From: Trichosphaerium sp. ATCC 40318
Lineage: Eukaryota > Protista > Tubulinea
Direction of reading: 5' to 3'
Assembly (NCBI GenBank): GCA_038496445.1
Contig: JALMLS010000281.1
Location: 62,001 to 126,000, forward strand
DNA: 64,000 bases
The notes below the pieces were generated by a model. That model saw only the letters and a list, made by a program, of their open reading frames with translations. It was not told the DNA's origin and did not search any database. The translations under genes were made by a program, and so were the position numbers. Below, in pieces: positions 38,412 to 50,642 of this stretch (its first letter is position 1; every line of letters begins with the position of its first letter).

Positions 38412-39894
38412 TTACTTAGCTACATCTTGCTTCCAGACACAATCCTTTGTATTCATTACTTCCTATCAGAATTTAGTACACTCATTCTTTTAGTGGATTG
38501 TCTATACCTCTTCAGGTAGTGGTGTTGATATGAGCGCATCTAAACAAGCCTCGCCTCCTTTCAACACAAGTTTTGACTTAGTGTCATTATCTAAAAACTG
38601 ATCACTATTGCGTTGTGCTGAAAGTAAGTTAGTAAACAAAAAATACTGGTAAACTAAATAAGAAAACCAAACGCAACAGCGTACCAAGTATAACTGTTGC
38701 AGCAGTAGCTCGTATATTACGTTTACTAGTATGTGCGAGATGCAACCTACGTAAGAATAAGTCTCGCTAGCGTCAAAACAATCGTACAATTGAAATGTCT
38801 CCATTTCTAATGTAGATACACCTCCGTCTACAAGAACTTTGGCAAGATCGCCATTCTTATCGTCAAAATTTGGATCATCACGCGCTTGAGTAGGAATATT
38901 AGTATTACAACCATAAAAACTTAAGAATGAAGGATACCTTGTGAGCTGTAAAAAGAATCGGCTGAAGCGTTCATCGTCTCCAATACAGTATGACCTTCTA
39001 ATTTTTCTTTCATTTGAGTAAATAGCTACACCAAAGTGTTACAAAGTTTTTCCAGGTTTAATAACACGTGACTTCTAAAATACACGTACATTCTTGGACA
39101 ATTCAGGATCAGCGGGAGCTACTTTAGATACTACATAAGGCTCAATTTTTCCATCTGTTTCATCACACATCCAAGCATTTGGATTCCTTTGTACTAACCT
39201 AGATCCTTTTGTTGCGATACAAGTAGCACCAACAGGTACTGTTGGCGTTATACAACCACAAGTGCCAAAGCTAATCAATTTAATACATAATGAAATATTT
39301 GAAAAAAAACCCTGACAAACACAGGAACAGCGCCAAACATGTGCGTATGTTTAAAAGCAAAAAAAAAAAAGGAAACTTTTTTGAACGCGACTGTAGGCCA
39401 ACTAATGACTAAAAAGCGCGTACCGTGTTACCAATAGAGTACCAGTTACCACAGCGACGGTCTCACGTATTAAAAAGTCCATCATAGCAATACCCTAAAT
39501 CAACGTTAAAGGTAATCGCCAAAAGTGGTTATTATTACCATTCCAATAGATATGATACTAACAGGAACCTTTCAAACGCGATTAGAGTGAAACTTGACGA
39601 ACTCCAAAAAAACCCACAAATTGAACTTTCTGTTTAATGTACGTACACCCTTGCGTGTTCCTGTATATATAGTGAACCCTCTGTACCCAGAGCGGACAAA
39701 TAAGTCGTCAGGGTTGTCTAGAAACTTAGACAGCGTAGCAGCGCGCTGTGGGTCCCCTACAGTGAGAACGCGGTTGCAAACTACAAAATTAGTAACTCAT
39801 TACTTTAAACTGCTCAGTGCGTACTTTCTCCTGGTTTTGCCCCTACGTGGTACGTTCGGCCTTCAGCGTCGCGTGGAAAGTTGGCACTTGTCAT
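38412..39894 (-). CDS. udp: Uridine/nucleoside phosphorylase (PNP_UDP_1)
   Basis: MTSANFPRDAEGRTYHVG, LTVGDPQRA, SIGMGIAMMDF, FGTCG, SADSFYSSQAR and LEMETF. Confidence 0.88.
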
Positions 39895-40256
39895 GTTACC
39901 ATGTTTTGAAAGGCTTAGCGCACTCTCGCGTAACAATGCCGCTTGGCTTTGCGTTCTTGTGTTCTTTGAGCGATATTAGGTTCGTGGCATTAAAATACAG
40001 CGTACAGATATTTGGTCCTTCGCTGGTTCGCTCATAGTGGTCACTGAATTTGAAATTGCTGGAATTGGCGATCAAAAGCGACACTTGAATGAATAACGCT
40101 TGTAAAACGCGTTTATAAAAGAGAGGTGATACCAGCGACGTTTGTAAAGGCTAAACGACGCTATTTTCCCGTTTTCAAAAGACAGTATTTCAAACGAGTA
40201 CCAGAACAAGCTTGACTGGCACACTTGTTGGTGCGTACGTTACTGGAGAGCTTACA

Positions 40257-42376
40257 ATGTCAAGTACGTACTAGTTAAATGCCATTGAAGTAATACTATA
40301 ATTCTAATGGATTTCTTCAGGCAGAAGGAGATCCTCATCTACTAAAAAGAAGCAGGTAAGCATCATAGAGCATTTTGTAATTAATGGGTTACGTAAAAAT
40401 TCCTTAAACCTATGTAGAGCTTCAAGGAGCCAGAACAGATGGACCTTGACGCCAGTGAGGCGCCATTGTATGCTGCACCAGGTAAATAGTCGCTACAGGG
40501 TTTTTTATGTAGTTTGTTAGCGCAAATTGTCGTGCATGGTACACCATCGCACTTTGGTTGCTTATGACACTTCAAAGCGCGGTTATAGTATTTTTCGCAA
40601 CAAAAATTTTGCGAAATAGCTCAAACCAGGCGTTGTACCCTCAACCACTCACCCCTACGCGTAGAAGTGTCAGACGACGATCTTGAAATGTCAGATAGCG
40701 AGTCAGTTTCTGAAAACAGCTTATCTATGACTGCAAACTCTGAAACAAGCTCTAGTATCACACTTACATCTGAGGTAATATCATTAACCCAGCCCAAGTA
40801 TTTTGCCAACAAATATTTCCGTTTTTTATTTGTTGTTTTATCAAAAATTCAAGTTTTTCAGCGTTGATTGTATCTAACACGCATAATAGTCCGGTAGTGT
40901 AATGTCACGTATGGGTGGGTTCAATGGAAAGCTAAAATTAGGCATGAACATTGCTATGGATGCTAAAACAAAGAAACAGATAAAAGACAAAATTCGTTCC
41001 AGAAAAAAGCTCGTACGTACTTCTAACTCCTTTTTGACGCAATTTTTTGTTGAGTGTACCCTGTGCACTATGCATTATATCTAGTTTCTTGAAAAAAAAA
41101 TAGACACAGTCACGTGACATGAAAACTAAAACATAAAAAGGTAAAACCTGATGATGGCACAGTAATATTTTTGGGTGGTATTCCGCATGGTTTCTACGAG
41201 AAGGAAATGCGTAATTTTTTCTCTCAATTTGGTGATGTAAAACGTCTACGTCTTGTCCGATCGCGTAAGGTACGAAAACAATCAAACATCATACATTGGA
41301 TGACATTGCAATTTCGCTTTGACATCTCTTTTTTTTTTTTTGACTTTTTTGACGTCCGGAAAGACTTTCCTTTCGTCAACCCACATGATGCTTTATTTCC
41401 TATGGTATTTGAGTTTTTATGATTTTAAAAACAATACAACTGAGGTTCATTACTTTTAAAGAAAATGTTCTGAGAATATTCTATTCTATTGGTTGCTCAT
41501 TTCTTTTGTTTTTTATATAGACTGGAGGTTCTCGTGGGTTTGCTTTTATTGAGTTTGAATTCGCAGAGGTTGCAGAGATTGTAGCAGATGCTATGAATAA
41601 GTATATCATGTACGAGAGGACGTTACATTGTAGAGTTGTACGTATAGTTGGGGTTTTTTGAAAGCGCTCTTTTTTTTTTTGTTCAGCTTGGTTTTCTTCT
41701 GACATTTCCTACTAGGTTGAGAAAGAGAAATTGTACGATACATTGTTTATGGGACCTTCAAGCAAACTTAAAGATATTATTAAACGAAAACGTCAAGATA
41801 GAAAAGCTTCATACAACGAAGTACGTTAAACAAAACCACAGTGAAAACTTCCTACAAGCAATTTTTTTACAACTCGTTTCGTCAAGTTGTTCTTTCTTTT
41901 TACTAAGTAAATTGATCTAGCTTCATAAAAAAGGTCCTGAAAAGCGATACGCACGTGAGAGAAGAATATATAAACACCGCATGAAGATGCACAAAGTTCT
42001 AAAAGAGAAATTCGGAATTGAACCGCCACTTGAAATACCAGTAAGTGTTTTTTCGTCAAAAAAAAGCCTCTGTCAATCACTCCCAACGCTATACTTCGAG
42101 CGCATTTCGTGTCTGTGATGGCGGTATAAATATTGTTGTAGATGCGCTAACAGATTCTTCTTTTAGAGACCAAAAATGCTCCGTCCTACTAAGCATCTTT
42201 ACTTTGATGAAGAAGGTAATGAGCAAAGAGAAAATGAAGTTTTTGAAGATCAAGACAGCATGCTTCCTCCTGCAAAAAGACAACGTTTGAATTATGATGA
42301 AGATACACAAAGCGATATAGATACTGCAGATGATGATAGCGTTGACATGATGTCAGGTTCTGACGTTGAATTTTAA
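40257..42376 (+). CDS. NIFK: Nucleolar RRM protein NIFK/Nop15
   Basis: VIFLGGIPHGFYEKEMRNFFSQFGDVKRLRLVRSRKTGGSRGFAFIEF..VAEIVADAMNKYIM. Confidence 0.9.
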
Positions 42377-43541
42377 ACAAAAAAAGTCAAACTCTCCGAC
42401 CTTCAAAAAAGAAAACAAAAAAAAGAACAACCTGGAACGCTTTCCGGTTTTTTCAATTTTTCAGCTATATCACTGGTTTTAACGCAACTTGTTGTTGAGG
42501 TTTTTACCTTGTAGTATTGGGATATAACACAGGTAACTGTTCTACCTGATGTAGCCCCTTCCTGTAATAAAAAAAAGAAAGTTTTTATTCTCGCTTGTTT
42601 GCTGTTGTGATTTCAGACGTTTGTGATTGAAACTACTTCCCCTTTAGTTCAAAAAATGTACATCCACAATCATAGAACGTCAGCAGAGGACACGAGACTA
42701 GTAGCAGTTTCTCTTGTTCTAACGCATTGTCATATAATTCATATTTACTAGTGTTCGCAAGTCAATGGATTAGGGCCTTTGGGTTATTAAGGCTCGCCTG
42801 TCTTTATGTGGCAGGGGACTATCGTTTATTTTACATAGGTTTTACCAGTGCTTGCAGTTATTGTTGTTCTTACAAAATAAATGAAGATTGTGTTTCATAA
42901 CTTTAACTTTGAATAACAAGTACAAAGCATCTATGCGTTGCAATGGTCAAGGTCACAAAAAATAAATCTCGAGTCAAACGCAGTTAATACAGTTTCGGAG
43001 TAATTTGCACTTGTCTAAACTAAAAGCACGTGCTATCAACCAACAAAAACCTTTTCTTCATCACGTGATACCATAATTAGAACAAGCTTTTTGTTCAACA
43101 CGTGAGAACGTAGCTGTCACTTGTCAGCGAAAGTATTTTTTAATCTCACATCAAAAAGAGTGTTTAATACCTGAGAACCATATCAGGTCCCAAATGTTGT
43201 AGTTTTTCGCACTTTGCTAAAATGATCTCAAAAAAGCCAGTTTTGTTCTCTTAATTTTTTTACGTTGTCATAATACGCCGTGACACATCATGGAGTAGCC
43301 AATTAGCGGCGCCTAATATTTTTTAATCACTGTCATAGTTTATTGCCGTAAACATAGGCAGCCCGAGCTATATTCACTGTCACATATATCTAAACAAGGC
43401 GTTGACATATTACAAAATAATTATTTGAACAAAAGCTACGTTCTGGTATTTAGTGATTTGGTGATTTGATACGCAAATACTACACCCCAAAACCATCATA
43501 ATACCCAAGTAAGCAAACCAATAACAACTACTCATCTACAA

Positions 43542-46500
43542 ATGCAAAAGTCTGTTGGTATCCCATCGTATATTGTCGGCATTAACAACTTTGGTCTTGG
43601 CCAAGGCACTCAATCTCGCTGGCACATAAACGATATGCCTCTACATAATACAACCCGCCTACATTCGTGGGTCGTTTCGCATGAGAAAGATGTTGGTGGA
43701 AAGCCTGCTTATAGAATCACTGTTTACAACCCTACCGACCCTTTCTATGTACGCTGGCAAATACTTTTAGTCCTCGCAGCGAGCTTATCATCTTTAAACT
43801 GACACGTGTTTTAGAAAGACAAAATTTTACAAGTCAGGCAACAAGGCACAAGAGAAAAACCTGAAACTGGTCTTTTAGTTGAAGATCATGCCGAAAAACT
43901 TACTGATCTTCAACTTTGGTGGATTGAAGATGACAAACAGCACCCAGGGTGTACGTTTTCTATACTTTCTTTTTTTGTATGTTTTAGAAACAACTTCGTT
44001 GACTTTGGTTGTAGATTCGAACATACGCCTTGTGAACACTGAAGCTTATGTTATGGTACCTGTACCAAAGCTCACGGACATGCAAGGCGGTGGATGGGTA
44101 CTGTGTAGGCAAAAGATAGCTGTTAACGCTGATCCATCCTCCCCTCCATGCCTTCAGTTCAAATTACAAACAATTCCAGGTTATAAGCCTACACCTGATG
44201 ATGGCGACAAAAACAAACCTAACCCTGATGATGGTGACAAAAACAAACCTAAGCCTGGCGATGGTGACAAAAACAAACCTAACCCTGGCGATGGTGATAA
44301 AAACAAACCTGATGATGGTGACAAAAACAAACCTAACCCTGACGATGGTGACAAAAACAAACCTAACCCTGACGATGGTGGCGATGGTGACAAAAACAAA
44401 CCTGGTATCAAGTTACCTCTACCTGATAAAATTGGACCTGTGTACATTAAAAACAAGAACAGCGGATTAGTTCTCGATGTGAGAGGTGCGAAACATTTGT
44501 TAACTTCAACGGATTTATTTCTTACTTGATTGTTAAGGTGACAAGAAAGACGATTGTACACCAATCATCCAAAATACTCAAAAGATTGGTGATGACTCTC
44601 AACTCTTCTATTTGGAAAAGAAAAAGGACGTCAATGGAAAACCAGCATACAACATTCTCGTCAAGTTTTCTGGCAAGGTACGATTAAAAAAATGCTCTTT
44701 GGATTTTTTCTCATTGCGTACCGCTTTGTCGGCCTTTCTAACATGTTTGGTTTAGGGAATAGATGTGAATGGAGGAAGCAAAATCGATGGAGCAAAGCTC
44801 ATTGAGTATAAGTATCACGGCCATGATAACCAACTTTACTACATTGAAGTAAAGAAGGACGGATGTAAGTTCTACTATCAGATTTTGTTTATTTTGTTTA
44901 TTGACTAACTATCTATCAGTTTTCAAGCTTATCAACGTCAATTCTGGTAAGGCTCTAGAGGTTCCAAACTCAAGCAAGAATCCTGGTGAGGCCATACAAC
45001 AGTGGGCAAACCACAATGGCGACAATCAACTATTTCGATTTGAAACTGCTGATGGTAAACCATGGACAAATATTCCTGATCCAAAACCAAAGCCCAGTCC
45101 AAAGAACCTTGACCTTAAGTTACCTCTACCTGATAAAATCGGACCTGTATACATTAAAAACAAGAACAGCGGATTGGTTCTTGATGTGAGAGGTATGAAA
45201 CGATTAGTGAACTTCAATGGATTTAATTCTAAGTCAATTGTTAAGGTGATAAAAAAGACGATTGTACACCAATCATCCAAAATACTCAAAAGATTGGTGA
45301 TGACTCTCAACTCTTCTATTTGGAAAAGAAAAAGGACGTTAAAGGAAAACCAGCATACAACATTCTTGTCAAGTTTTCTGGCAAGGTACGATTAAAAAAT
45401 ACTCTTTGAATTTTTTCTCATTGGCTTACCGCTTTGTCGGCTTTTCTAACATGTTTGGTTTAGGGAATAGATGTGAATGGAGCGAGCAAAATCGATGGAG
45501 CAAAGCTCATTGAGTTCCACTATCATGGCCATGACAATCAACTTTACTACATTGAAGTAAAGAAGGACGGATGTAAGTTCTTTGTATATTTTGTTTATTG
45601 ACTAATTGTCTATCAGTTTTCAAGCTTATCAATGTCAATTCTGGTAAGGCTTTAGAAGTTCCAAACTCAAGCAAGAATCCTGGTGAGGCCATACAACAGT
45701 GGGCAAACCACAATGGCGACAATCAACTATTTCGATTTGAAACTGCCGATGGTAAACCATGGACAAATATTCCAAAACCAAAGCCCAGTCCAAAGAACCT
45801 TGACCTTAAGTTACCTCTACCTGATAAAATCGGACCTGTATACATTAAAAACAAGAACAGCGGATTGGTTCTTGATGTGAGAGGTATGAAACGATTGGTT
45901 ACTTCAACGGATTTATTTCTTACTTGATTGTTAAGGTGACAAGAAAGACGATTGTACACCAATCATCCAAAATACTCAAAAGATTGGTGATGACTCTCAA
46001 CTCTTCTATTTGGAAAAGAAAAAGGACGTTAAAGGAAAACCAGCATACAACATTCTCGTCAAGTTTTCTGGCAAGGTATGATTAGAAAATGACAGTTGCT
46101 ATCATAATTTTTACGTTCAATGGCATTTCTGACATGTATTCAGGGAATAGATGTTAATGGAGGAAGCACAAGTGATGGAGCAAAGCTCATTGAGTATAAG
46201 TATCACGGTCATGATAACCAACTTTATTACATTGAAGTAAAGAAAGATGGATGTAAGTTCTTCTATCTTGTAATTCGTTACTTACCAACTCTTTTTCAGT
46301 TTTCAACCTTATCAACGTCAATTCTGGTAAGGCTCTAGAAGTTCCAAACTCAAGTAAGAATCCGGGTGAAGCCATACAACAGTGGACAAACAGCGATGGC
46401 GACAATCAACTATTTCGATTCGAAACTGCAGATGGTAAACCTTGGACAAACAATCCAGACGCAACTAGTGGTGATGTAGATGCCGGAAGAACTCCAACTG

Positions 46501-46960
46501 TAGACTCTCCAAAATGGCGTAGATACGAAATTACTGCAGTAAAATATGATGGTGTTGTACATGAGCATCCTCGCATACAAATCACTTTCAATACAAAAGG
46601 TATCGTACAAGTTTTCTCTTTTTTGCAATTGTGTTCTGTTTCTTATTTTGTTTAAAGGGCACGTGATTGATAAGACCAGATCTGACAAAGACAAAACCAT
46701 TGTTGCTGTAAATCTGAATACGAATGCCAAGATGGTTGTTTATGGTGTAAATCATTGGGCATGGCCAGGAAGTAATGGAACCATTCAAGGTATGAAAAGA
46801 AACATATTGTTAAAAGCAAATGATACAAAGTGCTTACGTTTATCTCTTAGGATTCTATGTTTGGCCAGTCGACAAAGAAAGCGAATTTACACCAGAAAAG
46901 AAAGCTGAAGTCCTCAACTTCTTTGCTCCAGGAACAACTGTTGAAGTTGGAGAGAAATAA
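43542..46960 (+). CDS. Ricin-B lectin protein, copy B: N-domain, (PDDGDKNK)n linker, three lectin modules, C-domain
   Basis: Same domains as copy A, with the intron-containing lectin module triplicated at a period of ~690-700 nt. Confidence 0.87.
44190..44405 (+). repeat. ~30-nt coding minisatellite (PNPDDGDKNK)
   Basis: Seven units of gatggtgacaaaaacaaacct. Confidence 0.92.
44408..46450 (+). repeat. Three tandem ~690-nt lectin modules including introns
   Basis: aagttacctctacctgataaaat recurs at ~44410, ~45118 and ~45808. Confidence 0.92.
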
Positions 46961-47267
46961 TTGTACTGCTGGCAAAACAATATTTTCGTTTTAATAAAGT
47001 TAATTTTACTATCTTCAGCTACTGTTACAATGACAGCTTCCAACTATGAAATAGCCTATCAAAGTGCACTATTGACTACTAGCAATGTCTTATTAATACC
47101 CATTCTAGACATATATGTGTTCTATTTTGAACGAAAAAATAGGTTAGAAATAACGTTTTTGAGGAGTGCTAGAATTGTCTTGAACTGCTAACAAAAATCA
47201 TCCTATTTTCTTGATTTTACAAACAAAAACACTGTTTGAAGTAGTTGTATAACTTTAAATAATAGAG

Positions 47268-47900
47268 TTAATAGCAAGGTTGGGTCATCCTATCAACCCA
47301 CATCCGATATTTGTGGAGCTCCAACGAATTATCGAACATTCTACATTCCTTTCCATCCTTGACAATGCACACTCTACCTTCCTCACGTGAAATTTCAAAG
47401 CTAAATTTTTTACCAACCAACTTTCCTTTCATGAACTCGGACGGGATAGCGACACAATGTTTGTCCTTAGCGGCTCCCTTTTTGCTCTTATAACACACAA
47501 CCCTCTTCTTATCTTTCCCTGTGTCCGAGTACATAAAGTGGTAGTAAGCCCACGCCTCGAATAAGTCCGGTTGAATGATTTTTGAAGTGTATCCGAAACA
47601 AATAGCAACATCGTCGAAACTTGCAATCGGCATTTTCGTTCCATTTGGCCTGTAAAAGTACACTGGGGTGTTACCGTTCCTGTGTGTACTCTTGTCAGTC
47701 TCTCTGTTGATTTTGAACTTGATGTCGCCTTTATCAAATACTACGGGTTCGTTTGCATCCAATCTTTGGCCTCCTTCTTCTTCTAGGTATTTATACAGAG
47801 TTTCCTTTTGGTAGTTGCGAGCTGGGACCCATTCACCGTTTTCCAGCCGTACTCTAACGCCATAATTCTCTTTTTTGCGCACGTACAAAGTGTCTGCCAT
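47268..47900 (-). CDS. Intronless hypothetical protein (210 aa) with an apparent internal two-fold repeat
   Basis: A long clean ORF that appears GC-richer than its flanks. The halves share a pattern (KFKINRE...VYFYRPNG vs FSFEISRE..VCIVKDG). Confidence 0.7.
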   Translation of the reverse strand: MADTLYVRKKENYGVRVRLENGEWVPARNYQKETLYKYLEEEGGQRLDANEPVVFDKGDIKFKINRETDKSTHRNGNTPVYFYRPNGTKMPIASFDDVAICFGYTSKIIQPDLFEAWAYYHFMYSDTGKDKKRVVCYKSKKGAAKDKHCVAIPSEFMKGKLVGKKFSFEISREEGRVCIVKDGKECRMFDNSLELHKYRMWVDRMTQPCY

Positions 47901-48112
47901 CGTTTGCTACGTTTGTAGATTTTTTTGCTAAACAGTTTAGTGTACTTTACCTGCCAGATGAATGGTTCACGAAGCTTCATGCGTTTTAGTGGCCCTTTTC
48001 TACCACATTTTGTGGAATACAGGTCATTTTTAGTCATGAATATTTCAACGGAGTCTGATTTTTAACAACTGTTCTGTTAAAGAGTTTATTTACAAAACGA
48101 CATTGAGTCAAT

Positions 48113-50642
48113 TTACATATTAGGTACATCTGATGCGTCACTGAGAGAGAAAGCAGATTCGAAATCCCGAGCTGTACTTTGTCTTGTATCTGTGTTACGA
48201 ATGATGACATCCAACATTTTAGTATTTCTCAACTGTTGTGTTTCTTGTTGTGAAAAGCGGCCATTTTCAAACCAGAACCTGTCACCGTCTCTCAACCTGA
48301 CAAATTGGTCTCTAAGGATTGCTGTGAACAACTCGCCCATTTTACTGTTTGGAAGATGATCTATGAATAGAAATAAGACACGTGATATTTCACTATGTGA
48401 GCAGTACCTTCAGCAAGACCACCGACGAAAGGATCGATATCGTCAACACTGACATATGCGGTGGCAAGTGCATTAACTGTGGCAGGGTCGCTCGAAATGT
48501 CGGAGAAGTCGTTAAGTCTGTTGAATCCATATGCAGCACGGAGTGTGTTATAGTCTGGAAGACCCAAATCTCTGCCTCTTTGAAGATTCAAAGAAAACAA
48601 ATCGTGTCTGTTTGCTCCACCACCACCAACGCTTTGAAAGAGGAAGTTTCTCAAGTCGTCACTGATGAGTACATCAACAGCTTCATGTTGTTGCATCATG
48701 ACACCTCTAAGAATAGAACCAATACCGTATTGAATAGCTACAGGGTTGAAAAAAGCGTTACGGAGTAGAAGAGGTCCTTGTGGAATAGAGTGAAAGTTTG
48801 GATCGACTCTGTGGATTACAGTGCTGATTAAACTGTGTCCGAAACGGAAAGCAGCTCCTGAGAATACGCTCATGATGCCAGGATTAACATTGTCATTGTA
48901 TCCCTACAAAAACAAACTTAAGCACTTTGTAATACGAAAAATGATAGCTGACATACGTTGTAGTTTGGTACGTTTCCAATAACCTCTGGAAGCCATTCGT
49001 ACATTGTAATAGATTGAAGGATACCAATAACACGCATTCTGGCTTCTTGGTATAGTCTCTCATCAGACCATGTTGGGTTTTCAGTTTGAAGTTCTCCGGC
49101 AATCCTGTTGTGTTCTCTTATGAACAAAGTATGAAGGGACATCAATACAGCGTTTTCATTGGCACGGACATCTCCAGCAACGAATGTTTCATTATCAGGA
49201 ACAAATCCAATATTAGCCATTTCTAGGTTGAGTTCATCAAGATTATAAGGCAAAAAGTCTCCTGGACTGGTTTTCATAAGTCCGTTATTCCTAAGTTTCT
49301 AAGTTAGTAAAAAACACTTCATATGCTATCGTACATTGTTCTCAGTTTAGTAGCGCGGTCGAGATCAGATCCGTATACATTTGTACCATCAATGAATGCG
49401 CTGATTATGTTAGGATGTTCTAGAGGATCTGTCGCAGGAGTTCCAGATATTGGTACAGCTCTTGTGAAATGAAGTTCACCAGAGAATACAGGATCATTTG
49501 CTGGTACTTGAATATTAAATTCGTCACCACCTTCTGGAGTTAAATCAATGTCATGGTCCAAGAATTGCCCAAAGTATGTCAATAAATCAGTATGTCTAGA
49601 AATTAGGTAAGCAAGAGTTGCAGAAAAACGATGGGTTTTTGAAAGTACCTTCTTGGGTTTCTTGCACGTGATCTTTGCTCAATGTGGTTGGCGACAAGAT
49701 TACTTACTTGCCTTGCTGAAGGTAGAGGGTCGCCATTAGCATCTAATTCACGTGGCTAGTGACACAATTAGTTCAACAATCGCGATGTTGTAGCGTACTG
49801 AAGAAAGTCCATCCTGGTATGATGGTGGTATAACAATATTGCCGTTAGCACCCATAACTTGACGTAATAGAGGAGCGTCTACAGCTCCGTATGAAGGATT
49901 TTGAAGGTTGTTACCATTGCCATCATATCCTTGGTACGTTGGGCGGACTGTAATTTCAAGCACTGGACTATCTTGTGATTCTGAAGAGTAAACTGAAGAA
50001 TGGCCTCTGCGGTTACCATCTAAAAACAGAACAATTAGTAACCACTTGTTATCACTAAGGCAAAAAAAAGAGAACGTACTTGGCACAATGACAAAACCAT
50101 AATTGTTTTGACCGCTATTCCATGCTCTAACAGCGCTTGTAACATCAACAGTAAGCTGTCTATCCCTTCTTGTGTCAGGTAGTTCAGCGACTGAAGGACC
50201 ATCAAAGTCGTCGGTATCGGCTCCAGGAGAAGCACCAAAGTTGTTGTAGGTGACAGTATTCTCGGCCCAGTTAACAGCTGATCTATAAATATTTCCGCGG
50301 TATTCTCCATCATTTTCGCCAGTGAAAGTTAAAGTAGCAGAGTCAATTGTAGATCCACTTGGGACTACACCGCCTTCGTTGGTAAAAATCCTGAACTTGA
50401 TAACTGAGAATCTATTTCCATCATCACCCCAGGTGAGCGTGTTTAGAGGTACGCCCATTGTATCAGAGTTTCGCCTACATGTTTGATCTCCAATGATAGT
50501 TGCTTGAAAGACGGCTAAAAAACGGTATAAGTTTACTCTTCAGGATTACTCTGTGTAAAAAATATCAGTTGTACGTACAGCTAGATACAATAGAAATAGC
50601 TGAGAGTAAGAATATTGTAAGAAGAGCAGTCGAGTTGCTCAT
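48113..50642 (-). CDS. Secreted heme peroxidase (peroxidase-cyclooxygenase superfamily) with an N-terminal DNRLRE-like domain
   Basis: Signal peptide. [40 protein letters not shown] (DNRLRE-like). Peroxidase motifs [46 protein letters not shown] and [11 protein letters not shown]. Confidence 0.92.

Noticed and set aside
41109-41118. Perfect GTCACGTGAC (CLEAR-type) site
   Set aside because: It lies inside the NIFK gene and is explained by the general CACGTG excess.
41289-41317. ggatgacattgcaatttcg resembles part of U6 snRNA
   Set aside because: No ACAGAGA box or AGC triad context; only a short partial match.
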